From Verrucomicrobiota bacterium (lineage in GTDB: Bacteria; Verrucomicrobiota; Verrucomicrobiia; CAIQCK01), in contig JACRKA010000351.1 of the NCBI GenBank assembly GCA_016219905.1, positions 2,622 through 66,621 of the forward strand: a stretch of 64,000 nt of DNA, written 5' to 3'. The translations under genes and the position numbers were made by a program. This document shows positions 38,365 through 47,444 of the stretch, in pieces (the first letter of the stretch is position 1; every line of letters starts with the position of its first letter). Below the pieces are notes generated by a model. That model searched no databases. It was not told the origin of the DNA and saw only the letters and a list, made by a program, of their open reading frames with translations.

Positions 38365-40800
38365 TCATTCGAGCTTCGGCCCCTCGATCCGCTCGCCGCG
38401 CTGCTGGCGGGCCTGGTCGGCGACATCGAACGTGCCGTAGAACAGCGCGTTCGCATCCATCCACGTCACCAGCCGCTCCATATCCTCCGCGGTGAGCGCC
38501 ACGTCGTGGTGACCTTTCATCAGCATCTTCATCAACGGGCTGCCGCGCGCGCCGAAAAAGTCCGGCTGCGACATCGGCTCGCTGTTCACGACGCGGAAGT
38601 CGCCCGGCTTGCCACCCCACGCCGAGAACGACACGCGTCCGGCCAGCGCGTTGTAGGAGGCGCTGTAGCGGCCTTGCGGTTCGCCCGTCAGCGCAAGCTT
38701 GCCCTCCGGCTGCGGCCCGCTGTGGCAGGAGACGCAATGTTTGTTGAGCACGGGCTGGACGAGGATGGGATAACTCAACGGCTTCGAGCCGTCGGGGCCG
38801 GGCGCAATCGTCGAAGGCGGCCGTGACATGGCGATGGCGACGCGGCGTGAAGATGGAGTGTTGGCACGGTGCTCGTGGCAGCCGACACAAGAAACGCGCT
38901 CGCCCGGCTGGAGATAGGTGACGCTGCGCATCGTTTGCACCGCCTGGCCGCGCTCGTCGAGCGCCTGGAACGCGAGCGCGATATTGGCCGGCGCGCGGAA
39001 ATACGCCGAGCCATCCGCCTCGACAGGCACCGTGCCGAGCACTTGCTTGCCGGGCGAGGCATTCGCAACACCAACCGTCGGCGCGTTGATGTGCGGTGTC
39101 GTCTTGGGCAGCACCTGGATGACGCGCAGACGCGTGATGCGAGCATCCGGCAGCCGCGGCCATGAATCGTGAACATTTTCAACAAAGAAGGTGCCGTCGC
39201 GCGATGCGGCATCCTTGATGCGCGATTCGGATTCTTGTGCAAGCAACGGCAACGCCGGCGGCGTCGGACGCGCCCGCAGCGGCATCGGCCAGAGGCTGCA
39301 GATTTCCGAGTCGCGATAAAGCAGTTCCTTGTTGCCGAACGCATCCACGAGGTAGAGGCCGAACATGTTCGCCGGATTGGCGCTCGGCTCGCCGATCAGC
39401 GGGTCGAAACTGTAGGCGGCCAGAAAATACTTCTCCGACAACGGCCACGGCGTGCGATAGCAGTGGCCCGGCCACCGCGCCGCCTCCGGCGGAACAACTG
39501 GCGGGTTCTTCGGGCTGCCCGGCGCGCGCCAGAACGCCGGTTTCGCCGTGCCGTGCGACACGGGCTCCTCGCTCTCGGGAAACAGCGCGTCCGGCGTCAG
39601 CCGCGTGATTGGTTCCAGACCGTCCACCCCGCGCGTCACATCAAGCAGAATGATCGAGCCGGCGGTCATCGCATGGTGCGCCGCAGCGGTGGCCATCACG
39701 CGGCTCGACGCCGGCACGGCGCGGGCTTCCCACACGCCGACCGGGTTCAACGTGTTGTTGCCGTAGAACGCACGCACATCCGTGCCGTCCGGCCGCACCG
39801 TCCAGAGTTGCTGGTAATGCACTGCGTTGCGGTCCACGTAATCCCAACGCGTGTAGATGACACGGCCATCGTTGAGGACCGACGGGTCCCATTCGTGCGT
39901 CTCGTGAAACGAGACCGGATGCGGGTCGGAGCCGTCGCCGTTCGCGACAGCCAGCGTGTAGGTCGCGCACGGCCCGCGCCCGCAGCGATGGAACCCGCCG
40001 CGCCGCGTCGAGATGAAAACAATGCGGCCATCGGGCAAACAGCGTGACGCAAAATCGTCGAACGGCCCGTCTGTGAGCTGGCGCAGCCGCGAACCGTCTG
40101 CCGCCATCTCGTAGAGATGGTAATACCGGTCCAGACACGCCTCGCGATCCTTCGGCGCGGTCGGGGCGTTACAGTAGGCGAACAGGATGCGTTTGCCGTC
40201 GTAGGACACCTCCGGGAACTGGAAACTGCCGGGCGGCAGCGCATCCGGCGCAAGCTGGCGGCACCGCATCGTCCTGCCCGGCTCGTCGAGCGCGAACACC
40301 CCGCCGCCCGGCCGCGCGCAACTGCCGTAGTATTGCGTGAGCTGGTGGCTGAACATGCTCGGCACCTGCTTCACGAAAACCAGCGGCCCCGTTTTCGCGA
40401 GCGGATTGGCAAACACGATCTCGCGCCGCAACTCATGCGCCCGCCGCCAGAGGCTTTCCAAAGCAGGAGAATCCGCCATCGTAGGCGCCGACGTAAGGAG
40501 GCGAACGTCATGTGTTGAGCCGGAACGTTTCGCCTCCTCACGTCGGCGCCTACCGAACTCCCCGCGCAGCTTCTCCCATTGCCGCTGCAAATCTCCCAAC
40601 TCCACGCCCGCCGCCCCCAGATCGCTAATCAGCGCATCACCACGCTTGAAGAGCTTGGCGACCGCGTCCACGTAGGTGCCGGGATTACGCGCCGTGCCGA
40701 TGCCATCCTGTTTGCGCCAGTCGGCTTCAATCATCGCGCGCTCGTCCGCCCCAAGCACGCTCGTGACTGCCATGAAGAATGACAATGCAAATCGCCGCAT
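38365..40800 (-). CDS. Exported protein with a TolB-like beta-propeller region and two C-terminal CxxCH (putative c-type haem) motifs. It carries an in-frame palindromic insertion.
   Basis: Signal peptide MRRFALSFFMAVTSVLGA. Repeated DG.(R/I).F.S propeller-like units. CVGCHEH and CVSCHSG motifs near the C-terminus. Confidence 0.65.
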   Translation of the reverse strand: MRRFALSFFMAVTSVLGADERAMIEADWRKQDGIGTARNPGTYVDAVAKLFKRGDALISDLGAAGVELGDLQRQWEKLRGEFGRRRREEAKRSGSTHDVRLLTSAPTMADSPALESLWRRAHELRREIVFANPLAKTGPLVFVKQVPSMFSHQLTQYYGSCARPGGGVFALDEPGRTMRCRQLAPDALPPGSFQFPEVSYDGKRILFAYCNAPTAPKDREACLDRYYHLYEMAADGSRLRQLTDGPFDDFASRCLPDGRIVFISTRRGGFHRCGRGPCATYTLAVANGDGSDPHPVSFHETHEWDPSVLNDGRVIYTRWDYVDRNAVHYQQLWTVRPDGTDVRAFYGNNTLNPVGVWEARAVPASSRVMATAAAHHAMTAGSIILLDVTRGVDGLEPITRLTPDALFPESEEPVSHGTAKPAFWRAPGSPKNPPVVPPEAARWPGHCYRTPWPLSEKYFLAAYSFDPLIGEPSANPANMFGLYLVDAFGNKELLYRDSEICSLWPMPLRARPTPPALPLLAQESESRIKDAASRDGTFFVENVHDSWPRLPDARITRLRVIQVLPKTTPHINAPTVGVANASPGKQVLGTVPVEADGSAYFRAPANIALAFQALDERGQAVQTMRSVTYLQPGERVSCVGCHEHRANTPSSRRVAIAMSRPPSTIAPGPDGSKPLSYPILVQPVLNKHCVSCHSGPQPEGKLALTGEPQGRYSASYNALAGRVSFSAWGGKPGDFRVVNSEPMSQPDFFGARGSPLMKMLMKGHHDVALTAEDMERLVTWMDANALFYGTFDVADQARQQRGERIEGPKLE
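40481..40553. repeat. In-frame palindromic element (family A), copy 2, inside the exported-protein gene.
   Basis: Arms gtaggcgccgacgtaaggaggcgaacg / cgtttcgcctcctcacgtcggcgcctac share the core CCGACGT..GGAGGCG / CGCCTCCTCACGTCGG with the copy in the ATPase. Encodes about RRRREEAKRSGSTHDVRLLTSAPT. Confidence 0.75.
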
Positions 40801-40848
40801 GACGCCCCGGATACTACCCTGCCGCTCCCCAGATGTTGAGCTTTCTCT

Positions 40849-42966
40849 TCATTCCTCCCACAGTCCGCGGATTTTGCCGCGGGCGTCCGTTTCCTGAGCA
40901 ACCGATTCCGCGCCGCCGGCATCCACTTTTGGCAACTTCAACGTCACTTGCTCGAACTTCGCCCGCACGTCGGTTGGGATGAAGCGGGTCAGTTGCGCGA
41001 ATGTGTGGCGGTCGCCCATCTCGTGCTTCGTGGCGTAGTAGCGCAGCGGGAAACAGACGTAGAGCCAGTTGCGCGCGCGGGTCAACGCAACGTAAAGCAG
41101 CCGCCGCTCCTCTTCGATCTCGTCCGCGTCGCCGGTGCTCAGGTCGCTGGGGATGATGCCGTCGGTGGCGTGGATGAGGAAGACCACGTCCCACTCGCAA
41201 CCTTTCGCCGAGTGGATCGTGCTCAGCGTCATCCAGTCGTCGTCCTTGCGCGGCGGGCCAGCCCAATCGCCGGTCGCGCCCGGCGGGTCGAGCGTCAGCT
41301 CGGAGAGGAACTGCTCGCGGGACTCGAAGCCCGCCGCGATGACGCCCAACTGCTCCAAGTCGCGCACGCGGACCTCGGCGTGGTCATAGACCTCGTGGAA
41401 GATCGGGTCGTAGAATTGTCGGATGCGCTCAATCTGCGTGCCCAAACTGATGATGGTGGGGCGAGGCTCTGCCGAGCCTTCGCCACTGTCTTCATGGGCA
41501 TGGCTCGGCGGAGCCTCGCCCCACCCCTTTGGCGACAGCTTAATCTCACCCAAATCGCGCAGCAGGCCGCACAATGCGATGAACCGCTCCCGCGCCGCAG
41601 GCGGCACGGGACAGTGCGACAGCGCGCGCAGGTCATGGCCGTTGGCGGCAAGGAAGCGCCAGATGCGCTTCGCGCCAGCCGGGCCGACACCCTCCAGCAG
41701 GTGGAGGACGCGGAACCAGCTCATCTCGTCGCGCGGGTTCTCCAGGATGCGCAGCAGGGCGAGCAAGTCCTTCACGTGGGCGGCTTCGAGGAACTTCAGG
41801 CCGCCGAATTTCACGAACGGGATGTTGCGCCGCGTCAACTCCACCTCCAACGCGTCGCTCCAGTGGGCGGTGCGCACGAGCACAGCCATCCGGCGCAACG
41901 GCACGCCGGCCTCGTAGTGCTCGAGGATTTTCTTGCAGACGAACCGCGACTGCTGCGCCTCGTCGAGGCAGTTGACCAGCATCGGCCGCTGTTCGCTGCG
42001 GCGGTCGCTCCAGAGGTCCTTGGTGAACCGCTCCGGCGCGCGGGCGATGACGGCGTTGGTGGCGGCGAGGATCGGCTGCACGCTGCGGTAGTTCTGCTCG
42101 AGCGTGATGATGGCCGCGCCGGGGAACTGTTTCGGGAAATCGAGGATGTTGCGGACCGTCGCGGCGCGGAAGCTGTAGATGCTCTGCGCGTCGTCGCCGA
42201 CGACGCTGAGGTTGCGGTGCGGCCCAGCCATCTTCAGCAAGATGTCAGCTTGCAGCCTGTTCGTGTCTTGGTATTCGTCCACGAGGATGTGGCTAAAGCG
42301 GGCGGCGACGCGCGGACCGGCCTCGGCCGTGTCCATCAGGTGCCGCCAGACCAGCAGCAGGTCGTCGTAGTCGAGCACGTGCCGGTCGTGCTTGCGGTCG
42401 GTGTAGGCCGCGAACAGTTGCTTCAATTCCGCCTCATGCTCCGCGCACCACGGGAAATGGCGCTTGAGCACACGACCGAGCGGCTGCCGGGCGTTGGCGC
42501 AGCGTGAGTAGATGTCGAGCAGCGTGCCTTTCTTCGGGAACCGCTTCTCCTTCGAGTGCAAGCCGAGGTCATGACGGACGAGGTTGAGCAGGTCCTCGGC
42601 GTCGGATTGGTCGAGCACGGTGAAATCGGGCGCGAGGCCGACGGCGCGGCCGTGGATGCGGAGGAGACGGTTGGCGATGGCGTGGAAGGTGCCGCCCCAG
42701 ACGCGTGAAACGTGAAACGTGAAACGTGAAACGTGACAGGAATGTTCGGCGCGGCGGATCATCTCGTGGGCCGCGCGGCGGGTGAAGGTGAGCAGGAGGA
42801 TGCGCCCGGCTGGCACGCCGCGCTGGAGCAGGCAGGCGACACGGGCGGCGAGGGTCTTGGTCTTGCCGGTGCCCGCGCCGGCGATGATCAGGAGCGGGCC
42901 GTCGCCATGCGTGGCCGCGGCGCGCTGCTGCGGGTTGAGTTCATCCAGCCAGGCAGAGTCGGGCAT
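40849..42966 (-). CDS. UvrD/PcrA/Rep family ATP-dependent DNA helicase.
   Basis: Motif I GAGTGKT, Ia LLLTFTRRAA, II VDEYQDTN, GTFH, and downstream motifs. 705 aa. Confidence 0.9.
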   Translation of the reverse strand: MPDSAWLDELNPQQRAAATHGDGPLLIIAGAGTGKTKTLAARVACLLQRGVPAGRILLLTFTRRAAHEMIRRAEHSCHVSRFTFHVSRVWGGTFHAIANRLLRIHGRAVGLAPDFTVLDQSDAEDLLNLVRHDLGLHSKEKRFPKKGTLLDIYSRCANARQPLGRVLKRHFPWCAEHEAELKQLFAAYTDRKHDRHVLDYDDLLLVWRHLMDTAEAGPRVAARFSHILVDEYQDTNRLQADILLKMAGPHRNLSVVGDDAQSIYSFRAATVRNILDFPKQFPGAAIITLEQNYRSVQPILAATNAVIARAPERFTKDLWSDRRSEQRPMLVNCLDEAQQSRFVCKKILEHYEAGVPLRRMAVLVRTAHWSDALEVELTRRNIPFVKFGGLKFLEAAHVKDLLALLRILENPRDEMSWFRVLHLLEGVGPAGAKRIWRFLAANGHDLRALSHCPVPPAARERFIALCGLLRDLGEIKLSPKGWGEAPPSHAHEDSGEGSAEPRPTIISLGTQIERIRQFYDPIFHEVYDHAEVRVRDLEQLGVIAAGFESREQFLSELTLDPPGATGDWAGPPRKDDDWMTLSTIHSAKGCEWDVVFLIHATDGIIPSDLSTGDADEIEEERRLLYVALTRARNWLYVCFPLRYYATKHEMGDRHTFAQLTRFIPTDVRAKFEQVTLKLPKVDAGGAESVAQETDARGKIRGLWEE
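42703..42735. repeat. Tandem GTGAAAC heptad repeat (4.5 units) embedded in-frame in the helicase gene.
   Basis: cgtgaaacgtgaaacgtgaaacgtgaaacgtga. Translated on the minus strand as HVSRFTFHVSRV between helicase motifs Ia and GTFH. Confidence 0.8.
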
Positions 42967-42975
42967 GGCGCGCGT

Positions 42976-43368
42976 TCAGGGCCGGCCGCGGACGATGACG
43001 ACATCGTGGGGCCAGCACCAATACCAGTGCGGGCCGAAGGCATACCAGTCGTAGTAACGGCGCGAATACTCGCGCTCCTGCCAGCGGACGGCTTCGAGGT
43101 AGTCCTGGAGCATGAAGTCAATGACGCCGTTATTGACGCCGCTGTCGTGGAGGTGGAGGATTTCGGCGGCCGTGAGCCGATAGACCGTGCCGGAGGCGCG
43201 GATCTTCTGGATGATGTCGGTGTCGAGCGCGCCCGACTTCGCCATCTGGATGATCTCTTCCTGCGTCAGCGGCTTTGGCGGCGGGCCTTTGGGGCCAGTG
43301 CTCGCGCAGCCCGCAACCGCAAGCGCAAGTGCACCAGCGAGAATCAGACTGCTTGTCTTCACAGCCAA
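42976..43368 (-). CDS. Hypothetical lipoprotein.
   Basis: Signal peptide with lipobox LAVAGC. 130 aa, Trp/Tyr-rich C-terminus. Confidence 0.6.
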   Translation of the reverse strand: MAVKTSSLILAGALALAVAGCASTGPKGPPPKPLTQEEIIQMAKSGALDTDIIQKIRASGTVYRLTAAEILHLHDSGVNNGVIDFMLQDYLEAVRWQEREYSRRYYDWYAFGPHWYWCWPHDVVIVRGRP

Positions 43369-43416
43369 TTGATAGTCCTGCCGCCGCGCCGGCGCAAGCC
43401 CGCGCGCGGCCCGCGC

Positions 43417-45234
43417 TCACTGTTCCGCCGGCTGGGACGGCGACTTGCGGGAAAGCTCGAGCAACTTGTCCAGCGGGACGACCACCTCGGCCGTCGCGGC
43501 GGCTCGCGTGAGGGTGAAGAAGCCGGCGATGTCGGCCTGCAAACGGTCCAGCAGTTCGTAGAGCCGTCCACCCTCGGCAGCCACTGCCGATGGCATCGCG
43601 CCGGTCGCGATCTTGAAGTAGTCCTCGACCTGCATGAAGAAGACGCCGTTGAGCCGTTTGGGGAAGCCGGCGACGGCGGCGTCGAAGCGCGGCCGCGCGA
43701 TCGGCGTGGCGGGCGGCTTCTTCGCGAGGCCAATCAACTGCCGGATGTTCTCCGCTGCGCGCGGGCCGGTGGCTCCGAGGCCGAACTGTCCCGCGAACGC
43801 GGTGCGCGAGACGAGGTTCGTGCCGAAAGGATTCCGGGAGGCGCCTTGCGAGGCGGGTGACCCGCTCCCGGCGAGGTCGAAGGTCATCTGGTCAATCTCA
43901 ACGCCCGCGTGGCGCGCGACGTTGGGCTGGAATTTCGTCCGACCGGATTCGGCCTCGGACAAGAACCCGCTGAGCGCCTGGACTCCGGCGGTGGCGGCCT
44001 TGCGCTGCGCCGCCCGCGCGCGGGCTGCGTCCTTGACGCGATAGGCTTGGATCATGTCGAAGCCGGTCTGTCCGGCAGGCTGGGACTTCAATGCCACACC
44101 CGCTGCGCCGGCGCGAACCTCCATGTTCTCGCGCATGATGTCCGCCAGAGAGGCCGACGCGGTGGCGGTGTTTGTCGGCGCGGCGGCTTGCAGGATCGGC
44201 TGCAGGTATTGCGTGCAAAACTCAATCGTCTCCGGTGTCTGCGCCGTCTGCCAGCAGCCCAGCATGGCCGCGTCCGCGGGCATCAACGACATCACGCCGG
44301 CATCGAGCGCCGCGGGCGATTGCGCGGCGAGAACTCCCGCAAGCGGCGTCTTCGCCAGGGGACGCAGGCCGAGGCGCACCTTGAGCTGCCCCTCGATCAG
44401 TTCAGCCCCGACTTCAAGCGACTCGATCTGTTTCGTCACGGACAACAGGCTGTCCATGGCCGCGGCATGGATCCTGCCGCGCCTGACAGCCACCTCGCCG
44501 CCTGTCGGGCTGCCAGAGCGCGTAACAGCGGCTTGCTGTCGGAGTTCCTTCTCGTAGATGCCCAAGAGCGCCGGCACGTTACAGGCCGCGGTGATGTCGC
44601 CTGCAACGGCGCGCGTCAAACGAAGCCCGCCCCCTTTCCCCGGCTCCAACAAGCCGCGGTCGCCGACGATCAACCCCTCGTTCCCGCGCACGGTGACGAA
44701 GTAGTGTCGGGTGACCTGTTTCTTGAACTTCGCCGGGTCAGCCTGTTCGCCGGCCTGCAACGCCGCCATGAAACCGCGCCGGTCAAATTCCTCGACCGGC
44801 TCGGTGAAGTGCCGCACCGCCGCGCCGGCCGTCGCCGGGTCCGCCTCGACGCGATTGACGCCGCCTTTTCCGAAGCTGTCGCAGAACAACGCCGCGTCGC
44901 TCACACCTATAATAATGGCAAGGTCATTGGTGAACTTCGCCGGGTTGAGGAACACCACGGTGCAGGGGCGCTGGAGGTCCACGCCGGCCAGCATCGGGTT
45001 CTTCATGAACCGCTGCGCCACCAACGGCAGGAGATCGCCGACGCGGCCGCCGAGCTTGCGGGTGATGCCGTCCATTTTGCCGAGCGCGACTTCGGGCCGC
45101 TCGATGCGCAGGTAGCCGAGACCCTCGGCGCCGGCGCGGGCCAGGACGGATTCGGCTGAGGGGTCGGCTGCGGCTGAAGCCAGCGAGAGGACGGCCGCGG
45201 CCAGCAGGCTCGCGAGGCGAGCGAATGTTTTCAT
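43417..45234 (-). CDS. Secreted hypothetical protein (605 aa).
   Basis: Cleavable signal peptide MKTFARLASLLAAAVLSLASAAA. Long ORF with codon-usage-consistent composition; no recognisable motif. Confidence 0.65.
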   Translation of the reverse strand: MKTFARLASLLAAAVLSLASAAADPSAESVLARAGAEGLGYLRIERPEVALGKMDGITRKLGGRVGDLLPLVAQRFMKNPMLAGVDLQRPCTVVFLNPAKFTNDLAIIIGVSDAALFCDSFGKGGVNRVEADPATAGAAVRHFTEPVEEFDRRGFMAALQAGEQADPAKFKKQVTRHYFVTVRGNEGLIVGDRGLLEPGKGGGLRLTRAVAGDITAACNVPALLGIYEKELRQQAAVTRSGSPTGGEVAVRRGRIHAAAMDSLLSVTKQIESLEVGAELIEGQLKVRLGLRPLAKTPLAGVLAAQSPAALDAGVMSLMPADAAMLGCWQTAQTPETIEFCTQYLQPILQAAAPTNTATASASLADIMRENMEVRAGAAGVALKSQPAGQTGFDMIQAYRVKDAARARAAQRKAATAGVQALSGFLSEAESGRTKFQPNVARHAGVEIDQMTFDLAGSGSPASQGASRNPFGTNLVSRTAFAGQFGLGATGPRAAENIRQLIGLAKKPPATPIARPRFDAAVAGFPKRLNGVFFMQVEDYFKIATGAMPSAVAAEGGRLYELLDRLQADIAGFFTLTRAAATAEVVVPLDKLLELSRKSPSQPAEQ

Positions 45235-45247
45235 GAAGCCGGCAAGA

Positions 45248-45436
45248 CTAGCGGGTATAGGCGCCGGGGCCGGTTCCCATCGGCATGCTCTTCTCCCACG
45301 TGGCGGGGCGGTTCCACGGCAGCGAGGTGCCGCCTTCGGGCGTTCCGCAACCAGCGAGGAGGCCCAGGAGAGCGGAGGCGATCAGAAGACAAATCAAGCG
45401 CACAGAAGGAAACGACTGGAACAGGCGCGGGATCAT
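45248..45436 (-). CDS. Possible small lipoprotein (62 aa).
   Basis: Signal peptide plus lipobox LLAGC. Short, so it could be spurious. Confidence 0.35.
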   Translation of the reverse strand: MIPRLFQSFPSVRLICLLIASALLGLLAGCGTPEGGTSLPWNRPATWEKSMPMGTGPGAYTR

Positions 45437-45460
45437 GCGGCCGGCTGGCGACGACAGGGT

Positions 45461-46237
45461 TTATTTCTTTGGGATGCCAGTGTCACCGGCTTGGGGCGGG
45501 TTCTTCTTGAAGTCGCCCATGAAGTCGCCGATGCACGCGTCGTCATCCACGGTGCTGATGCGAACCGGGCCGATGACGTCGGTGCCGCGATGCAGGAGAA
45601 GGACGCCATTTTTCCTGGCTCCCTTCTTGTTGCCCGCGTCAAGCACGGCGAAGTTCCACGTCTTGTCGTAGAAAAGCACTTTCGCGGTCAGGTCTTTCGG
45701 CAACTCCATTTCCCAGCCCGGCTGCCCGCGCGCCAACTTGAGATCGGACTCCAGCGCCTTGCTGGTTTCAGCGAGAGACGTGTTCGCGCCCTTGAGCGCC
45801 GTGACTTGCTCGTTCAGCTTCACGGCCTCTTCGGACTTGGTCTTCACCTGCGTGTCCAAATCCTTGCACTTCTGCTCCGCCTCAGCCAGCTTGGCCCGGA
45901 CGTTCTCCACTTCCTTGATGGCGGCCTGCCCGGCATCCGCCAACTTTTTGGTCTCATCAAGCTGGGTCTTCAGCGTGGTGACATTCGCCGTGGCCTCGGT
46001 CAGTTGCTGCTCGGTCTTCTTCTTCTCCTCCTCGGTCTTGGCCAGCTCCTCCTGCTTGGCCTTGAGGTTGCCCTCGGTGGTGGCCAAGGTCTTCTTGGTG
46101 GTGGAAAGCTCCGCCTTCGTGTCGGTCAGGTTCGACCGCAGTGTGGCGGCCTGGGCGTCAACCTTCTTGCTCAGAAAGATTGAGGCCCCTCCGAGAATCA
46201 ACGCAACGACCAAGCAAATTCTGGCAATGATGGACAT
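45461..46237 (-). CDS. Membrane-anchored coiled-coil protein.
   Basis: Start taken at MSIIARICLVVALILGG (TM anchor). About 150 aa of heptad-rich Lys/Glu coiled coil (TKKTLATTEGNLKAKQEELAKTEEEKKKTEQQL), then a C-terminal globular region. Confidence 0.65.
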   Translation of the reverse strand: MSIIARICLVVALILGGASIFLSKKVDAQAATLRSNLTDTKAELSTTKKTLATTEGNLKAKQEELAKTEEEKKKTEQQLTEATANVTTLKTQLDETKKLADAGQAAIKEVENVRAKLAEAEQKCKDLDTQVKTKSEEAVKLNEQVTALKGANTSLAETSKALESDLKLARGQPGWEMELPKDLTAKVLFYDKTWNFAVLDAGNKKGARKNGVLLLHRGTDVIGPVRISTVDDDACIGDFMGDFKKNPPQAGDTGIPKK

Positions 46238-46340
46238 TAATTTGTCTCCTTCAGCCGGCAACCAGCCACTTCTTCTGACAGACCGCGCACGCAGCCGAGG
46301 TTGTAATTGGCGCGCATCCTATCGAAACACCTCGGCGGTG

Positions 46341-46817
46341 TCAACCACCAGACGGGCGAAATTTTCCACCGCCCTCCCGCCGCGTCCGGGCACTCTCCCG
46401 GCGCATCGCCACGCCCTCGCACTCCAGCCAATCCCGCAACTCCTCCGCCGTGATCACCCGCGCGCCGAAACCCAGCGCCGTGCGCGTCTCCGCGCCGTCG
46501 TTGGTGGCCACCACCAACTGCCCCGGCGACCGCGATCGCGCCACCATCCGCTCGATCAAGCTATCCGCCGTCAGGCCTTTGCCGGTGAAGAGCACCTCCA
46601 CCGCCGCCGGCGCCTCGCCGCGCGAGACGCGCCGGCCGCCGCGCCCGTCGAACACCACCACCACCCGCGCGCCGCTCAGGTCCTGCAACTGCGTCATCGC
46701 CGCCACCAGTTCATCCCGCGCCTGCTCCAGCCCGCGGCGGAGCGCGGCCCGCAGCGGCGGCCAAGCGTGAATCACGCTATAGCCGTCCACGAGGATGAGT
46801 TCTGCATCGCCGGTCAT
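46341..46817 (-). CDS. NYN-domain (YacP-like, PIN-related) putative RNA-binding nuclease.
   Basis: Start at MTGDAELILVDGYSVIHAWP, typical of the YacP/NYN N-terminus. The ORF-track N-terminal extension runs into the tRNA gene. Confidence 0.7.
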   Translation of the reverse strand: MTGDAELILVDGYSVIHAWPPLRAALRRGLEQARDELVAAMTQLQDLSGARVVVVFDGRGGRRVSRGEAPAAVEVLFTGKGLTADSLIERMVARSRSPGQLVVATNDGAETRTALGFGARVITAEELRDWLECEGVAMRRESARTRREGGGKFRPSGG

Positions 46818-46847
46818 GATTGCACCGCACGCCGCGGGGAAGAAAAA

Positions 46848-46923
46848 TGGTGGAGCCGAGGGGAATTGAACCCCTGACCTCCTCAATGCCATTGAGGCGC
46901 TCTCCCAACTGAGCTACGACCCC
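46848..46923 (-). tRNA. tRNA-Ala (anticodon GGC).
   Basis: 76-nt cloverleaf read from the minus strand: GGGGTCGTAGCTCAGTTGGGAGAGCGCCTCAATGGCATTGAGGAGGTCAGGGGTTCAATTCCCCTCGGCTCCACCA. Anticodon loop AT-GGC-AT. G3:U70 Ala identity pair. Encoded CCA. Confidence 0.9.
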
Positions 46924-47002
46924 ACCGGGGGTGACGGCCGCGTAAACTAGAGACCGCCTGCTGCGAAGTCAACGGAAAAGGCCCGCCCGGGCCGCGCTCT
47001 TG

Positions 47003-47443
47003 TCAGCGCCGGGAGGCGCAGTGGCCGCAGTCGCGCGGGCACTCGACGAGCATCTCGACCTTGTAGGCGACCGGACGGAACCGCGAGCCGGTCGCCCGCG
47101 GCTGGATGTCGAGCGATTGCTCCTCCAGGTCCCAGACCTGGCCGCACGCAATGCAGCGGGCGTGATGGTGCGGGTCAAGCCGGTGGCTGTAACGGGCCGG
47201 GCCGTCGTCGCTGCGCGGCACCTTGGCGACCTGGCCGCACTCCACCAGTGCCTCCAGTGAGTTATAGACGGTCGCGAGGCTGACATCGGGCAGCTTGCGG
47301 CGGACGCGCTGAAAAACCTCCTCGGCGCTCGGATGGTCGCGCGAAGCCAGCACCGCGTCGTAAACAGCCTGCCGCTGCCGCGTCATGCGCCAGCCGCGCT
47401 CGCGCAGCGTCTGCTGCAAATCGTTGGCTGTCTTCTGGATCAT
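47003..47443 (-). CDS. Fur-family metalloregulator (Fur/Zur/PerR type).
   Basis: Winged-helix N-terminus (RQRQAVYDAVL...HPSAEEVF). HHH metal site (HRLDPHHHARCIACG). C-terminal CxxC pairs. Confidence 0.85.
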   Translation of the reverse strand: MIQKTANDLQQTLRERGWRMTRQRQAVYDAVLASRDHPSAEEVFQRVRRKLPDVSLATVYNSLEALVECGQVAKVPRSDDGPARYSHRLDPHHHARCIACGQVWDLEEQSLDIQPRATGSRFRPVAYKVEMLVECPRDCGHCASRR

Positions 47444-47444
47444 C

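Noticed and set aside
40495-40520. An SD (AAGGAGG) plus ATG-TGT-TGA mini-ORF inside the family-A palindrome, as a functional leader peptide.
   Set aside because: Two codons only, and not present in the other family-A copy. Most likely a chance consequence of the GGAGG-containing palindrome core.
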